Source: Phoronis australis (taxonomy: Eukaryota > Animalia > Phoronida). From it: a stretch of DNA of 64,000 bases. The DNA is taken from NCBI GenBank assembly GCA_002633005.1, contig NMRA01000206.1, forward strand, positions 393,250 through 457,249. Direction: 5' to 3'. Under the pieces are notes generated by a model. The model made no database searches. It saw only the letters and a program-made list of their open reading frames with translations, and was not told the DNA's origin. This document shows positions 50,701-62,269 of the stretch, piece by piece. A program made the translations under genes and the position numbers. Within the stretch, counting starts at the first letter, position 1, and the number at the start of each line of letters is the position of its first letter.

Positions 50701-51873
50701 GCGCAATACCAGTCCATTGTCATCTCAATGACATTGAATAAATTTGTTTCACTTAGTGAAACTATGATTCACTGATTGTGTAGGCAAGTAGAAATATCTG
50801 AGAAGACTAGTGAGGTAACTTGGGAGCAAACATTAGTTAACAGTGAACTTATCTTTATCACAGCAAACACTTCCCTGGGGTTAAGATTACAATCAATACA
50901 TGATTTATTTCTCAGAAAATACTAGTCACGAAGTCGGTGTTGAAAACATCGTTTACAACAAAAAGAAGGAGTATCCCGCAAAAGTTTAAGGAAAATTTTA
51001 AACAAGGTTTAGAGATTGCAGTCCACCATTGACCAATCTATTACCTACAGATTATAGTTTTATCTACCTGTCTATTAAATACAGATTTTAAGTCACTGAA
51101 TTGCCATGGATAGTGTCAAAAGCTTCTTTGCTGTCAAGGAACAAAAGGCTGCTACCATTTCAAACCTGTAATGGTTTGGCTATCAATAGATAGCCTAGGG
51201 TAAGAACTTGGTAATCATAGCCTAACAATTCTTGCATAACTGTCAAGGTGATATTTCAAAGTGGGGACATCAACTTTCTCAGACCACTTTTGGGCCCATC
51301 TCATAGTTGTAAAATTGGATTTATGTACAAATAGAAGACAGCATTGACAGACACAAATGTGTCTTATCTTGAAAACAGGGAATACATGATAAACAAAGAA
51401 GGTAGTTAATACCTAGCTAGACAACATAGATTTTAATGGCCTACATAATTATGTAATTTCTAACTTAAATTGCAATTCAAGTGCAAAATTGAGTTAAAAA
51501 CAAAATTAAGGAGTAATTCAAGGTCATGTGGGAATAAAAACTGTTGGCTGCTATTTTTATTCATTTTTCAATGCACGCATTAATTTAAAAAGAATGAATA
51601 TAAAAGTGAACCAAAACTCAAAATTAAATGTTTAAAGGGTCCATTAACCTAAAACTAGAAGTTGATTCATTTTTAAGTATACAGGATGTTTAATCGACGA
51701 TTTAAGTAAAACTTACCTCTGTACGGAATTATCCTGAAGTCATATGTGCCTGGCACTGCCGATGCAGCTCCAATAACCCTGAGCAATGAGTCTAGAACCA
51801 GCACACAGAAAAACCACAGCGGCAAACTCCACGAAAATGTCCTCGACCGTTGATTTTTCAGTTTTGATTCCAT
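8360..51873 (-). CDS. SEMA5: Semaphorin-5 (class 5: Sema + PSI + 7 TSP1 + TM), about 1093 aa, 18 coding exons: complement(join(8360..8766,9077..9229,9879..10043,10945..11139,16043..16237,16947..17117,17391..17567,18559..18839,19184..19260,19444..19630,20064..20218,20677..20812,21457..21659,22167..22255,24795..25011,25762..25969,27549..27657,51717..51873))
   Basis: All junction phases match and sum to 3282 nt; motifs ECHNFIRVL, ACGTYAYDPKC, AKCPF, YVYFFFRE, SRVARVCKND.GG, WTTFMKARLNCS, DPYCGW, WxxWxxC repeats, TM helix. Confidence 0.95.
9077..9229 (-). CDS. SEMA5: Sema5 exon 17 (TSR7)
   Basis: GWKVWSEWSAC...RKRDC...CQG...ERPC; G|gtgagt donor. Confidence 0.93.
9879..10043 (-). CDS. SEMA5: Sema5 exon 16 (TSR6)
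   Basis: GEWSCWSSWITCSVSCGHG...; phase 1-1. Confidence 0.94.
10945..11139 (-). CDS. SEMA5: Sema5 exon 15 (TSR5)
   Basis: DGSGRVANVNGGWSYWSEWTPCSRACGVG...; phase 1-1. Confidence 0.95.
12280..12520. repeat. Degenerate ~20-bp minisatellite (ttcttttctca[c/t]gaacacaa-like)
   Basis: Several imperfect consecutive units visible. Confidence 0.6.
13862..13909 (-). CDS. Candidate 48-nt cassette exon of Sema5 (EVKILRGSVAYISYSQ)
   Basis: Phase 1-1, open; about 96-nt AG-free U-rich upstream tract with UGC; CAAG|gtaaga donor. Confidence 0.45.
16043..16237 (-). CDS. SEMA5: Sema5 exon 14 (atypical TSR4: KRKSSAWTQW...EVRYKFECKA...CPTNG)
   Basis: Resembles the divergent Sema5 repeat (WTxW...E.R.++.CKA); G|gtgagc donor. 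Confidence 0.9.
16947..17117 (-). CDS. SEMA5: Sema5 exon 13 (TSR3)
   Basis: DGQWSGWLEWSSCSKQCGGG...; phase 1-1. Confidence 0.94.
17391..17567 (-). CDS. SEMA5: Sema5 exon 12 (TSR2)
   Basis: VHGRWGEWSQWSACGATCG...; phase 1-1. Confidence 0.95.
17797..17888 (-). mobile_element. tRNA-derived SINE head
   Basis: A box-like TGGCCTGGTTG and B box GGTTCAAGTCC at tRNA spacing, followed by ccttgagc. Confidence 0.7.
18104..18349 (+). mobile_element. RTE-clade LINE 3' fragment
   Basis: Translates LLNTIQTRKLKYFGHIERHDTICKNILEGKTEGVRARGRQRRKWLDDIKD (RTE/BovB C-terminal motif) and ends in a (tga)n tail. Confidence 0.88.
18559..18839 (-). CDS. SEMA5: Sema5 exon 11 (PSI domain + TSR1)
   Basis: CLNAMDPYCGW; DGQWSDWDHW...CRSRRCDNPSP. 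Confidence 0.95.
19184..19260 (-). CDS. SEMA5: Sema5 exon 10 (GFLYVGSEMKLMKLPVHRCGRFKDR)
   Basis: LYVG motif at end of Sema domain; AG|gtgagt donor. Confidence 0.92.
19444..19630 (-). CDS. SEMA5: Sema5 exon 9 (WSHIAVDVV...CLVEELRLFP...MKIME)
   Basis: IAVD and CLVEE motifs; phase 2 to 0. Confidence 0.93.
20064..20218 (-). CDS. SEMA5: Sema5 exon 8 (CPPGPDSP...YQLMDKAVQP...ENER)
   Basis: LMDxAVQP motif; AG|gtgagt donor. Confidence 0.9.
20677..20812 (-). CDS. SEMA5: Sema5 exon 7 (NSIHGSAVCVFNM...AWERKPNPTSQHQ)
   Basis: SAVC motif; cttcag acceptor, CAG|gtgggg donor. Confidence 0.9.
20825..21090. repeat. 51-bp tandem repeat, 5 units
   Basis: Unit aacttacaggtaagtaaacactacactacagcaaagataatggtcagatat; one unit has a 5-nt insertion. 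Confidence 0.95.
21457..21659 (-). CDS. SEMA5: Sema5 exon 6 (AVYSRVARVCKNDRGG...WTTFMKARLNCS...YAVFTTP)
   Basis: Hallmark Sema motif; AT|gtaagt donor. Confidence 0.96.
22167..22255 (-). CDS. SEMA5: Sema5 exon 5 (VPQFVSSYEVSDYVYFFFREPAVEYTNCGK)
   Basis: Not in ORF track; tttcag / AAG|gtaata; FFFRE motif. Confidence 0.94.
22391..22470. mobile_element. Short hairpin/MITE family copy
   Basis: tttgagaaccagttt / aaactggttctc arms; related copies at about 21086, 35341, 36191, 37836, 38684, 49320. Confidence 0.7.
23146..23608 (+). repeat. ~154-bp tandem repeat x3 encoding an Asp/Glu-rich peptide and its stop codon
   Basis: Units start at 23146, 23299, 23454; each reads EINRKDDDSDDGEV...ELRNQ* or a variant. 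Confidence 0.9.
23686..24476 (+). mobile_element. Non-autonomous Helentron/HINE-like element
   Basis: CpG-richer block ending in an (aaac)-type run and perfect hairpin TACTTGGCGAAAT-tt-ATTTCGCCAAGTA (24446-24473); left boundary approximate. Confidence 0.6.
24795..25011 (-). CDS. SEMA5: Sema5 exon 4 (ITEL...GLAKCPFGP...LRTPQLNSQWLN)
   Basis: Sema motifs; G|gtaagc donor. Confidence 0.94.
25026..25112. repeat. 44-bp tandem duplication adjacent to exon 4 acceptor
   Basis: tactgtaaatcagttcaag...caagtgac twice. Confidence 0.85.
25379..25517. repeat. ~65-bp tandem duplication
   Basis: aacacataa.atttgttcacaactcagt...gaatctattgcaagga.gcata twice. Confidence 0.85.
25762..25969 (-). CDS. SEMA5: Sema5 exon 3 (DHLLKL...ECHNFIRVL...CGTYAYDPKCSWRS)
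   Basis: Sema motifs; phase 2 to 0. Confidence 0.94.
27549..27657 (-). CDS. SEMA5: Sema5 exon 2 (DLVPDGRNG...DFSKFVFDTQRMLVIVGAR)
   Basis: Not in ORF track; tttgtag / AG|gtaggt; Sema N-terminal VGAR motif. Confidence 0.9.
28495..28680 (-). mobile_element. Possible decayed LINE APE-endonuclease remnant
   Basis: DNGWLIL...LLVNGR...VGSDYM, with an in-frame stop, resembles NG..LL...LNGR...SDH of APE domains. Confidence 0.3.
34653..39462. repeat. ~2.32-kb direct duplication (34653..36974 and 37143..39462) either side of the gap
   Basis: Collinear copies with scattered SNPs and indels; both abut the N run. Confidence 0.95.
36975..37142. other. Assembly gap (168 N)
   Basis: Run of n. Confidence 1.
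39999..40207. mobile_element. PIF/Harbinger-like MITE
   Basis: TIRs ggggcccattccaagaa..gactta / taagtc..ttcttggaaggggtccc. Confidence 0.65.
42237..42650. mobile_element. Non-autonomous DNA element with poly-G/poly-C TIRs
   Basis: Left ccgtggggggctact, right gagtacccccccccc..cccggg; GC-richer than flanks. Confidence 0.6.
49320..49408. mobile_element. Best-preserved copy of short hairpin/MITE family
   Basis: 25-bp arms 49335-49359 and 49382-49406 with 17-bp perfect core attttgagaaccagttt. Confidence 0.75.
51717..51873 (-). CDS. SEMA5: Sema5 first coding exon (signal peptide, MESKLK...DFRIIPYR); exon extends as 5' UTR to acceptor at 52056; in-frame ATG also at 51888
   Basis: Hydrophobic N-terminus, G|gtaagt donor, phase 1 matches next exon; ttttttattctatttttcag acceptor upstream. 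Confidence 0.82.
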
Positions 51874-54446
51874 AGTTGGCAAAATCATAAGTTCACAACA
51901 ACGAATGACTCCCCAATTATTTCTGAGACTTTTTAGGTGCACATGGCATGACTATAGCAATGATATCCTGAGTGTCCGCAGCGTCATAGTGATAAAACTG
52001 TCACCAATCAGTAATCCAACAAAACACCGTTATCCTCGGTGAAAAATCACACTTATCTGAAAAATAGAATAAAAAACTTAGGCAAAACGCCGACAGTTCA
52101 TCACAGATCTTCAGTGCAGATTCCACACACTTCAAGGCTTGTTTTTCCATACAGCCAACCTCCGGGAGTGAACCATCCCAAATTCTTACAAATGGTGGGA
52201 CAATCCTTTTTCTGACTGACTAAACAACTTCACAACACTTGTCTACTGACAACAGCCCTCCAATCAAAACACCATCAGAGAGAAAAGTCAAAGAAAATAC
52301 ACCCACCACAGTTATTGAGTAGGGTTTAAAAATGGAAAAAATTTCTAAGCAACAAAAAGGGGAAAGTAAATTCAATCAAAGTACAAACTTACAGAAACAA
52401 TCCTCAGCCTCACTCCTATCACATGTGCCTGTGTGTGTGTGTACTGAACCTGTGTGGTGGCTACTGGCCAATTGTTTGTACAAGACAGTTGATCTATACC
52501 CTGTTGCAGCAGGGCATTGACAAGTGGCAATCTTATGCCCTGCAGAAAATGATAGCAGCAATAGTAATACCCTCCACCACAGGAGTACTAGAGGGGGGCT
52601 TCAACAAAAATGTCAAACTTGTTTAGTAAACCATTCTTTTTCAGCAATCAGTGAACTTAAACCTAAACTTCTGAACTGGGGTGTATAAACTTCCAAGTGA
52701 TCCAATGGATAACTTTCAGGGTGGTATGACATTCAAATACATCACACTGAGACTGGTGTTGTAATCATGAAGGCAACCTTTATGCAACACAGGACCTAGA
52801 CAGAGCAGTTACCTCTTGATTTATGCACCAACGGTGACTAAATGTTACTTTGCTTTATGGAACCCTATTAACTCAAGTCTATGAAAATGCCCATTACGTG
52901 GTCAAAAAATAAAACAGTTTTCAAACAAATGTTAGCAAGTTTCAGTGAAATTTGCCAAGCTTTGTTGAGTGTATGGCCAAAACCATTCAAGTTTATTTAT
53001 TTATTGTAATATTTAAAGTGAGGAAGGCCTCTTCATTGACAGCACTGCTTTCCAAGAGAGCACTCAACAGCAAAATATAAAACATTAATATAATACAATA
53101 AAGTAGTAAAACAATAATTATATTCACGCAACAAAGAAACAAAACAGGTTGAGAATTTAGATAATAAATAAATGAAGGATGACGAAAATTTGACTGAGAG
53201 ATCAACTAAATAAAAGGACGATACAAAATAGTGAGGGTATTTACAGTAATGAAAATAACACGATTAAGACAGATGAGGTTAAGAATGAATAGAAAACAGG
53301 CGAAAAATGCTGTATCATTTGAAATGAACCCAAAATTTTTTCCATAACTTTTGCCGATTTTTTAAAGGTACAATAAAAACACAGTTCTGGACCACAAGAT
53401 GAGAATAAAACATTGTTTGGACTGTTGTAGTCACATCATGTATTTCTGTTTTACCCTGAGGATGATTTTAAATTAAAAGTGAAACTTTGTTCCACAATGT
53501 GTTTAGATCTGTGCTGAAAATCAGATGGCTGCTATAGGTTGCATTAAAATTGTAATACTCATCGAGAAATAAGATACGTTTACAAAATGAAAATGTTCGC
53601 CTAAAAGTCATATTCCAATATACCGGCGACGAGTTGAAATTTGATTTGCTGCTACAATATTTTGGGTGCGAGCGTAAAAATGCTTCATAATTACAATAGA
53701 CACGTGATTTGGATGGATATTTTAAATCAGTGCATTTCACAGCATTTTGCATTTAAATTGCTTGTTCTCAGCAGCCTTCAAATAAATACTGCCATACAGT
53801 GGGATGTTCATGTAAATAAGCCTTCCCTTAAATATCCATGAATGAAGCAAGCTGCCTTTCACCTTGGTTAACTCTGCCTGTCTAGACATCACACTTTGAA
53901 ATCAGCTTGAGTAGAAGTCACCTTTCTCTTATCACAAAGCTACAGTCAGTTCTATGAGGAAATTATTGTGTTGACATTACCTTTGTTTCATAACAGATCT
54001 GTCCTGAGCAACAAAACACACAGGTGATACACGTGCTCTAACAGGTAAGAATAAAAAGACAAATAGTCACACTTGACCGACTTCCCACATTGACTTGGCT
54101 TCAACGAACCATGGCTGAGTAGCCAGGCTTGGTGCAGTCAACCATACTGCTGGAAACAGGACTGTCAAAGTGTACAAAAGACTCCCTCTTAACAACAGAG
54201 CCCAGCAAGGATTTATGGGTACAAATCCTTGTTAAACCTGCCATAAAACAGTCCCAATAAAAGGTTCACATATAATCTACATCTTGAGAAGGTACATTCA
54301 TCAACCATGAAAGACTGAGTGGCCATTTATGTAAAATAAATCCTCAGTACATTCAGAGAAAGTAAAACCTCTCCAGATTTCTTTACACATGTTTAAGAAA
54401 AGAAAATATTGTTCAGCAGCAGAATTGTGGACTGACATTCATAGGG

Positions 54447-54680
54447 AGGTCCACCATGAATACCCAATAACCATAAATCACCAAGAAATGTATTACAGCT
54501 AAGTACATGTAGTTAGCTAATATTCTATATAGCATTATGATTAACAGTTAGGCTGGCGAACAGAGACCGAGTTAAAAAATGAGATAGCACAGCAACTGAT
54601 TTTAAATGTGAGGTCCACCATTATACCCTATAACCATAAATCACCAAAAATGAGACAGCACAGCAATTGATTTTAAATGT
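54447..54680. repeat. Interleaved local duplications (A...B-A-B)
   Basis: gaggtccaccat...taaccataaatcacca twice and aaaaatgaga.agcacagcaa.tgattttaaatgt twice. Confidence 0.8.
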
Positions 54681-56449
54681 TGTCCAAGAATTAAAAAGTT
54701 CTGATTTTGTGAAAGTCAGTAAAAATTTACAGTTACTGATTACAAGAACAGTACATACAAAAGCCTTTTTTCAGCATAAAACATTATTCAGCAAACATTT
54801 CGCAACTCGTGTTTGCACTGAGCTGGCAGGACAGATCTACCCAAAGCATTAGTAGAAGCCGTTATTATTCATACAACCAAACTAATATCTTAACAATAAT
54901 GATTGTTCAGGCAATATGGAAAGAGTTTTCAAATGGAATTAATCGAGGCATTAAAAAGGCCGCGCTACAAATAATATGGAAGTTAATCATTACCATGTTA
55001 CCAATGTTGATATATACCCTAAAATTACAGTTAACATTTCGGTATCCATCATTTTATTCCATTTTTCAAATTGATGACCGCACACAGAATGATAGTAGAA
55101 AGTTGTTAAGTTAGATGACTTATGCTCAAATGGAATGTAAATTTGTCAAGTCATGAATAGAGCAGAATTTAAAAACTACATTTTTACGTGACAGTTGTGA
55201 GACTGCATCGCACAAAACAAGAAATGAAAATTCAATATTGACAAATGCTTAACAATCACAGAGCAGAATTCTTGCACATTCAGTAAAATGCTGGTTGCAT
55301 TCTTGCCAAATCAATTCCAAATACTATTTATGTAACACAAGACAAATTTCACAGTCACTGTGGTATGCGAGCAGGTAGGAATCAAAATAACCATGGCCCA
55401 GGTAGCAGAAATAACAAATAATCACACTAATGATAACACATAAAGATAACATGACTTGTATTGACAACAAGTGGGCATCAATTATATGAAAGACCTGAAG
55501 CTCAATTATAAACATAATCAATTTTAATCTCACTAAATTACCTGCTTATCCTACAACCTGTGAAGGTGCGAGTAGGTGTAGGGAGAGGGGACTCAGGGGA
55601 GGGGGATGAATTTGGGGGGAGGTGAGGTGGGGGGAGGGTCTATAATAAGTGCAAACACTTTGGAAGAGCCAAAACCTACAAACAACACTTAGAAAAACAT
55701 CAAAATGTGTAGACTGACCTAAGACCGAGACAGTTTGGAGCCAAAGTTATGGTTAGAAATACCAGAAGATCTCACACAACAAAATTGCTATCCCTGATGC
55801 CTGAAAGCAAGCTATAACCCCATTGACCCACCCAAATATAAGAGCAGCCTGAAACTGATGCATTCAGCGCAAGAGCCAACATCTAAATGCACAGATAGAA
55901 CCAATCACTGAGTTGCAATTTCAGTTTCTGTGATTCACCAAAGTCGGGGTTTGTCAAAACGAAAACGCCAGAGCGCTAAAAATTCCCAAATTTGAAAAAC
56001 GTAATCGGCCAAACTGCCATCTTTTGATTTTTCAAAAGCTCACTGCAAATAGTAAAAAATTGCTCAAAAGTTCATCACGTTTTTTTTGACAACAGCTGTA
56101 CGATACAAATTGTGAATCATGAAGTACAATAATTTACCGGGGGTCCTTTTGAATTCTAAACTGAAGAAATTTTATCACAAGATTTCAACAAGGCACAGCC
56201 TGTTATTGATAAATACTTACCAGATGTCTACGTTTTCTAATGACAGGTGATAGAGAGAGGTATCTAAATACAAAGACGATTTCAAAGTATAAGATACTTA
56301 TCTTTGTCCCGGATAACCTTTACAAGTGGAAAAATAAAACGAAACAGCAAGCACACAATAGAGACGACTATTCAGTCATAAAAAAACTAATATTTCCTCG
56401 TGTATATACTGTATACCCTACACCCAACAAGAATACGATAAGTCTACAC

Positions 56450-56600
56450 TATGGCTCAGTGGTTTGAGCTCCCGAATCCTGTTTGGGAGACCGGGCTTCA
56501 AATCCTGGCTTTACTGGCGGACAATCAAGCAATGCACACAGGTGTCTGCTACTGCTCTGAGCTCAGTTTTGCTGGTGAATGGGAGTGAATGAGAACCTGG
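56450..56600 (+). mobile_element. tRNA-derived SINE remnant
   Basis: Perfect A box TGGCTCAGTGG (56452-56462), B box-like GCTTCAAATCC (56495-56505). Confidence 0.6.
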
Positions 56601-58682
56601 ATATAATGCAAAAGCAATTTCCGGGGCCCTGTTCTCCACACAAAATATAGTAGAACATTATTTTGTCAAGTTCTCAACAAAAAATACTAAGAAAATTTCA
56701 GTCCGTTGTTAGTCTGGTTTCTACGTAGATGTCGTAAAACAGCTTTTGGAAAAGTTTCCCTCTGAAAAATTACCACTTTTGTGCCATAGTGAAGCAGCAA
56801 AACTATTCTATCGTGACTTTTTCAAGGTGGCTCCCTACAAATGAAGTCTTTTTTACGAGTCCACTCTCTAAACGAGCGGGGGTCCTAGTTTTCGAGTAGT
56901 ACCATTGCCAACAATAAAATACGGTATCCTTGGGACCCTGAGTTACTAAAATTTCAGCACATTGATGGCACTTTCATCCATCATTTCAAAATGGAAGTAA
57001 AAGACTGAATGAGCACTTCTATCCAGTTAACTTGGAATGTTTCTAAAAGTATATTCATACAAACATGGACTGTTTCCTATGGCAGGAGTTGTGCCTAAAT
57101 GTCACAGTACAATTTCAATTTTCAAATAGCATTGTGCTTTCTCAACCCACTGCTGCTGATTTCAAATATCTAGTTAAATAGCTCAAAAAGTCATAACACA
57201 CACAATAAAAACAACACCAAGGCTTGCAAAGACATAAATGATGTTTGTAGAAGCACAGCAATTAATTTCCCATTCATTACCTCATTAAAAATGCACAACA
57301 AATTTGGCTCAAGATAAGGCACCCCTGGGGTTAAACTCTGACATTAAATCACATTTAATAACACTACACAGTCTGTTATCAAGAACACTTTCAAATCCAC
57401 TAAACAAACATTACACCACTTAATTGGTCAGAGCACCTTATATGTAAGCCTTGCTATAATTTAAAGTGCCCCTTATCTTATTTTCCATCAGTGATGAATA
57501 AAAGTTTGGGGAGTGGTTCCTTGACTTCACAGCCACAAAGTCATTTCAAAACTGTTTACCACATGCCAACTATAGTTATGTAATGGGAAGACTCAATTAT
57601 GAACAATACAATATAATACAATACAATACAATACCATAGGATACAATAGCATCTGTGAATTTCCAATAACCCCAAACCAAACCAGTTTTTGCTCTGCAAA
57701 ATTTTAGGAGCACAAATTGATAACTTACCAAAATTGGAAATTACAACAATATGTTTGTTAAGAAATGTTGTTACACGTGACCAGAGCAATGCCAGATAGT
57801 TATGCTTGTATTAAGAGTTATGAAAGTTTCAGTGCACAGATTCAGTTTCTGACAACTTGTCAATAAATCAGACACCAAACAAAGAGATAGTTATGTAAAT
57901 CTCCAGTATAGTCTCAAAAATGTTGATATTCAATATTTAAAACACAGACAGTATATCATTAATCACAGAAGCTCATCACCAGTTTGGGTTAACACCCACC
58001 TTTGGATAACGCTAATTCACAAATCTTAAGAAATTTCAGTTTGAAGAGACCATGTCCTGCTTCGATTGGTTTAATGGCTCTCCCTGGACTTTCAATTTCA
58101 CTATTCAAATGCCACTGTAGTGACACAAATCAGAACAGTACACTGTAAAACAACTTCCAACTTCAACACTGTGCAAACTTGCAAATTCAATTTTGTTTTC
58201 TTCAAAAAATAGCGGCCCAGCAATTGACACTGACACAGATTTGTAGAAAAGTCAAGGTATAAAGGTGAAGGGCAAGTAATCTGATTATGCACCCAGGTGT
58301 GTGTTATCAATCTGGTCACCTGAGTTTCTCATCAATAGTGCTTGTATTTCAGCGCCTCAGCTAAATGGACTGCGTGCCTTCTCTCATGGCCTCACGATCC
58401 CCCATCAGGCACCGATAACACAGGTAAAAAATGTGGCTCCTTGGACAAGCAGAAAAACAAAACTAGGCAAAGAAATTTCACAGATGTTGTGTAATGTCAC
58501 CAGCAAATATCACCTGGCAACAAGATAACAGAAGAATTAGTGGAACGGCTAGTTTCTGCCTTGACTTGAGTCTGAGTACATACAGTTAAAATATTAAAAA
58601 TCAACAATACAAATTGTAAACATCTTATTGATGAAACAGGCAGATTCATAATCCGGCACACAGTATAGAAGTTTGGTCATTC

Positions 58683-59073
58683 CATTTGGAGGATTTCATC
58701 TACGCCACTGCTGTCGTTTAATTTTGAAATGCATTGTGGGGTTGTTGCATTGGGTTATGTAACACATAACTTGTGGATGTGTAACCTATAATTTGCATTT
58801 TAGGCGACAAAATTTGACTTTGGCGTGATCAGAAAGCACGTGCCTTGTTGACCTGAACAATCATTCAATGCATTTTGAGGCTTATTTTCAATATTTTATT
58901 TTTCTGCTTCTGTTGAACTCACACCCAAGCCTGTAGTATTGTACCCGTGCACTATTGCGTTCACGTCTCACCAAGTCACCTGTGATGTCACTGCATGTTT
59001 ACAAGCCGTCAACCGCCCCACAATGCATTTGAAAAATGACCACTGCAGCAGTGTACATGAAATCCCTCGAATG
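58683..59073. mobile_element. Foldback MITE with ~85-bp degenerate TIRs
   Basis: ggatttcat...aaatgcattgtgggg mirrors ccccacaatgcattt...atgaaatcc. Confidence 0.7.
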
Positions 59074-62000
59074 CTATTGCAAACAAAACATGTCCTGTCT
59101 TTTTTCAGGGAAATAACACCGTACCAACGACACCGATTAAACATTGAAGTCTTTACTGCACCATGCAAACAAATATTTCATACTGGCAGACATTTACAAG
59201 CTTTTAGATAGTCATATGCAGAGATATCAAACATGTTCAGATCAACTACATGTTAGTAAATACTTGACTAGTTCACCCTACTAGTCTTGTGGTAGACCCT
59301 GAGTGAACAAACCCACTTGTAGTGTGATAAACTTTGACGTCAGCTGAACGGGTGACGTTTGTAACGTTGGCTATGGGATCAATGATACCGTAATCACTAA
59401 AGATTGGGGTCACTAGCCGGCTAAAAAGTTACCTCGGACACAATGATGATGGATGCAACGAACATTTCAGATGAGCATAACATTAAATCGTAGCACAGGA
59501 TGTAGAAATTGGAAAATTAGGGCTGTTTGATAGTTCAACGTAGTAATGACATGTCATTATTTTAGATAAAATGAGGGGTCATAGCCTGTTTATAGACTGC
59601 ATGGGTATACGCCAGGCATGTACTGATCATATCAAATGTTACATAGCAGAGTATCATATTTTTTTAAAGTATACTAACCAATTTATTAAGACAAACACAA
59701 AAATATTATATCATAAAATTCAGCCCGCAAAACCCAGTGAGCATTATATCCGGGCTTTAGACGATGAACACACAATATTAACTAAGAAGGATAAACTGTT
59801 ATCCTTATAGACAAGAATAAGAACAAAGAAAATAGTGAAGACACTGACTTACAACACATCAATACAACAGCAGCCCTATTATAAACAAATGATGTAACAA
59901 ACTGAAGGAGCATAAGAATAGTTTCTACACTGAAGTATCCTAGGATAAGACTTTATTCTAAAAAAACAAATGCAAGTTTGCATAGTCAAATCATGCCAAG
60001 TTAAAGTAACTTGATAAAACTAGGTTATCATAATCAACATCATTTTAATGCAAGTTCAAATAAATGATAGCCCTTCAATGTCTGAAGTAGTTTTTAACTA
60101 TGTACCAAAATATGCCATACTTTATCTGAAATCACAGCTTTCCAAAGTCAAGAGCAGATGACTTACTCGAGGAACTGAATTTCAAAACATGATGAAAAAT
60201 GAAGTTTGCACAGATGCTGTGCAGTTATCAACTTGATTTTAAGTGGTAACCTCAACACTCATCACAAAGACGACATAGATAATAAACTTTCAAACTTCTT
60301 GGAAATGACAATTTAATCTTATGCAAACAAAGGGAAATTGGTTATCAGTTCAGTGTCCCCAGCCACCACACCCTTCAAACTGTGGCACCACATTACAGAC
60401 CAATTACCCAGTCATGGCCATCTTGAAAATTTCTTCTATAAAGGAGATGACATCATTCAGTTAGACAGGAATTGGCTAAGATCCGCACCAAAACTAACCT
60501 CAAAGTGAAACCCCCAAGCACCTTTTTGAACAAAACTTGAAAGATAACAGGTTTCGAAACTAACCTAATTTCCAAAACTCAACAAGTACAGTGTGTCATC
60601 AATGTTTTTTAGTATTCCTCTGAATCCTGTGTTATCTCATTTAAGCAACCACAGAAATTATTATCTTACCGTCACGGTGACGTAATTTTTGCCAAAACTG
60701 ACACCTTTCTGTTTTTCACAGGTTGTTTTCCCCTGCTACAAATACTCGAAATGTGATAAAGTATATTTATGACAGCTGCTTACGACAAAAGAGAATTCCC
60801 TCAGGCATTTACTTTTTAGTGGAGATTTGACCAAGTAACCATCAACTTTTTACCCTGTTTTACTAAACTGAACTACTACATTGCCTTTGGAACTCTTTCA
60901 AATAGGCAGGTTTAAGAAACATAAATTATTTACTTAAAAGGTAACTGTCTAGTAGTGCCAGTAATCTTGAACAAAACAATACCACCACAGTGTCAAAATA
61001 TATATACATTAGTCCTGGGTCTAACCACATAATTAACCTGGAATCACTAATTGGACTCAAACAAGTCAGAATTTATGGCCAAGTGAACATGCCATCAGTG
61101 ATGACATTTCCCCCTGTACAGAACACAATAGGTGTAGACGTCCAACAGGGGGCGTCAACATCAAGATTATCCACCTCAGCAGAAATTATTCAGTGTCATT
61201 TGAAAATTATTTAAACATCAACTGCTAGCAACAAATTGTTAACTGCAACTTGTCGCAAAGACACCAAGCCAAGACTTCTGACTGTTTACTCTATTGCTTG
61301 GGCCAGTTCAGCTGTCCTGCCTATAGCTAGTAATTGAACAGCAACGAATCGTGACACTCCCAATTTGAAAAATTAAACTTACATTTATCAATAAAGCTAT
61401 TAAAAATATACAACTAATTGATGAAACTGGTGGAAAAAAGAATTTAATAAATTGCTTGTATTGACTTTTAATGTTCTTCTCCCAAACTTGACCCTGCGAA
61501 GGACAGACACGACCATCCCTTTTCCCAGACAACAAAACATGTTTACATTTGTCATATGGAACCATACACAAGGCTGTAATTTTGGAAAAGTTAAATCACC
61601 TGTTAATGACCTTCGCCCCGGTCATTACTGCAGGTTAATGTTGACCGTTGGTCAATGGCAAAGTGACCAAACATGAGTTTAACCCCCTGGCAATGTCTGT
61701 TTACGTCTTTAATGGAAAAAGGACAAATTGTCTAAATTTCATTGTACCCACTGGCAGTTAATACCGATGACGTTTGTTTGCTTGACCAGAAAGCAAAACT
61801 TCAGGGAATAGCAAAAATACTCTCTGAAAACAAGCTTAATATTGGCTTAGATGATGTTCACTGAACTAAACTGCAAAACTTTACACACATGGATAATTAG
61901 TTTTGATGTCAAAATCGATGGATTTTTAGTGTACTCGTGTTTACAGCTTGGTTACAATTGTTTAGCATTGTAGGAATGTCTATATTAATCATAGTTTTGT

Positions 62001-62269
62001 AATAATGTACTGTGTTGTATCATAACATATAGCTAACAGATTTCAGCGAGTCAGCAAGCCAGCCAATCAAAGACTTCTACTCTAAGATTCTTTATCCAAA
62101 CTTCATGTAATCTACAATATTAAATGGTTCAGTGGAGGAAACTAGTCAAAATGCTTGACAGGTTGTAAATGACTTCCATGTTTACCAAATTGTCATTACC
62201 TACAGAAAGGTAATCATCCTTTGAAAACAGAAAAAATGACAATTTAGAATGTTATTTCTGTACAAAATA

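Noticed and set aside
56221-56236. 16-nt candidate 5' UTR exon (tag...CTG|gtaagt)
   Set aside because: Non-coding, so no frame test is possible; similar chance pairs occur nearby
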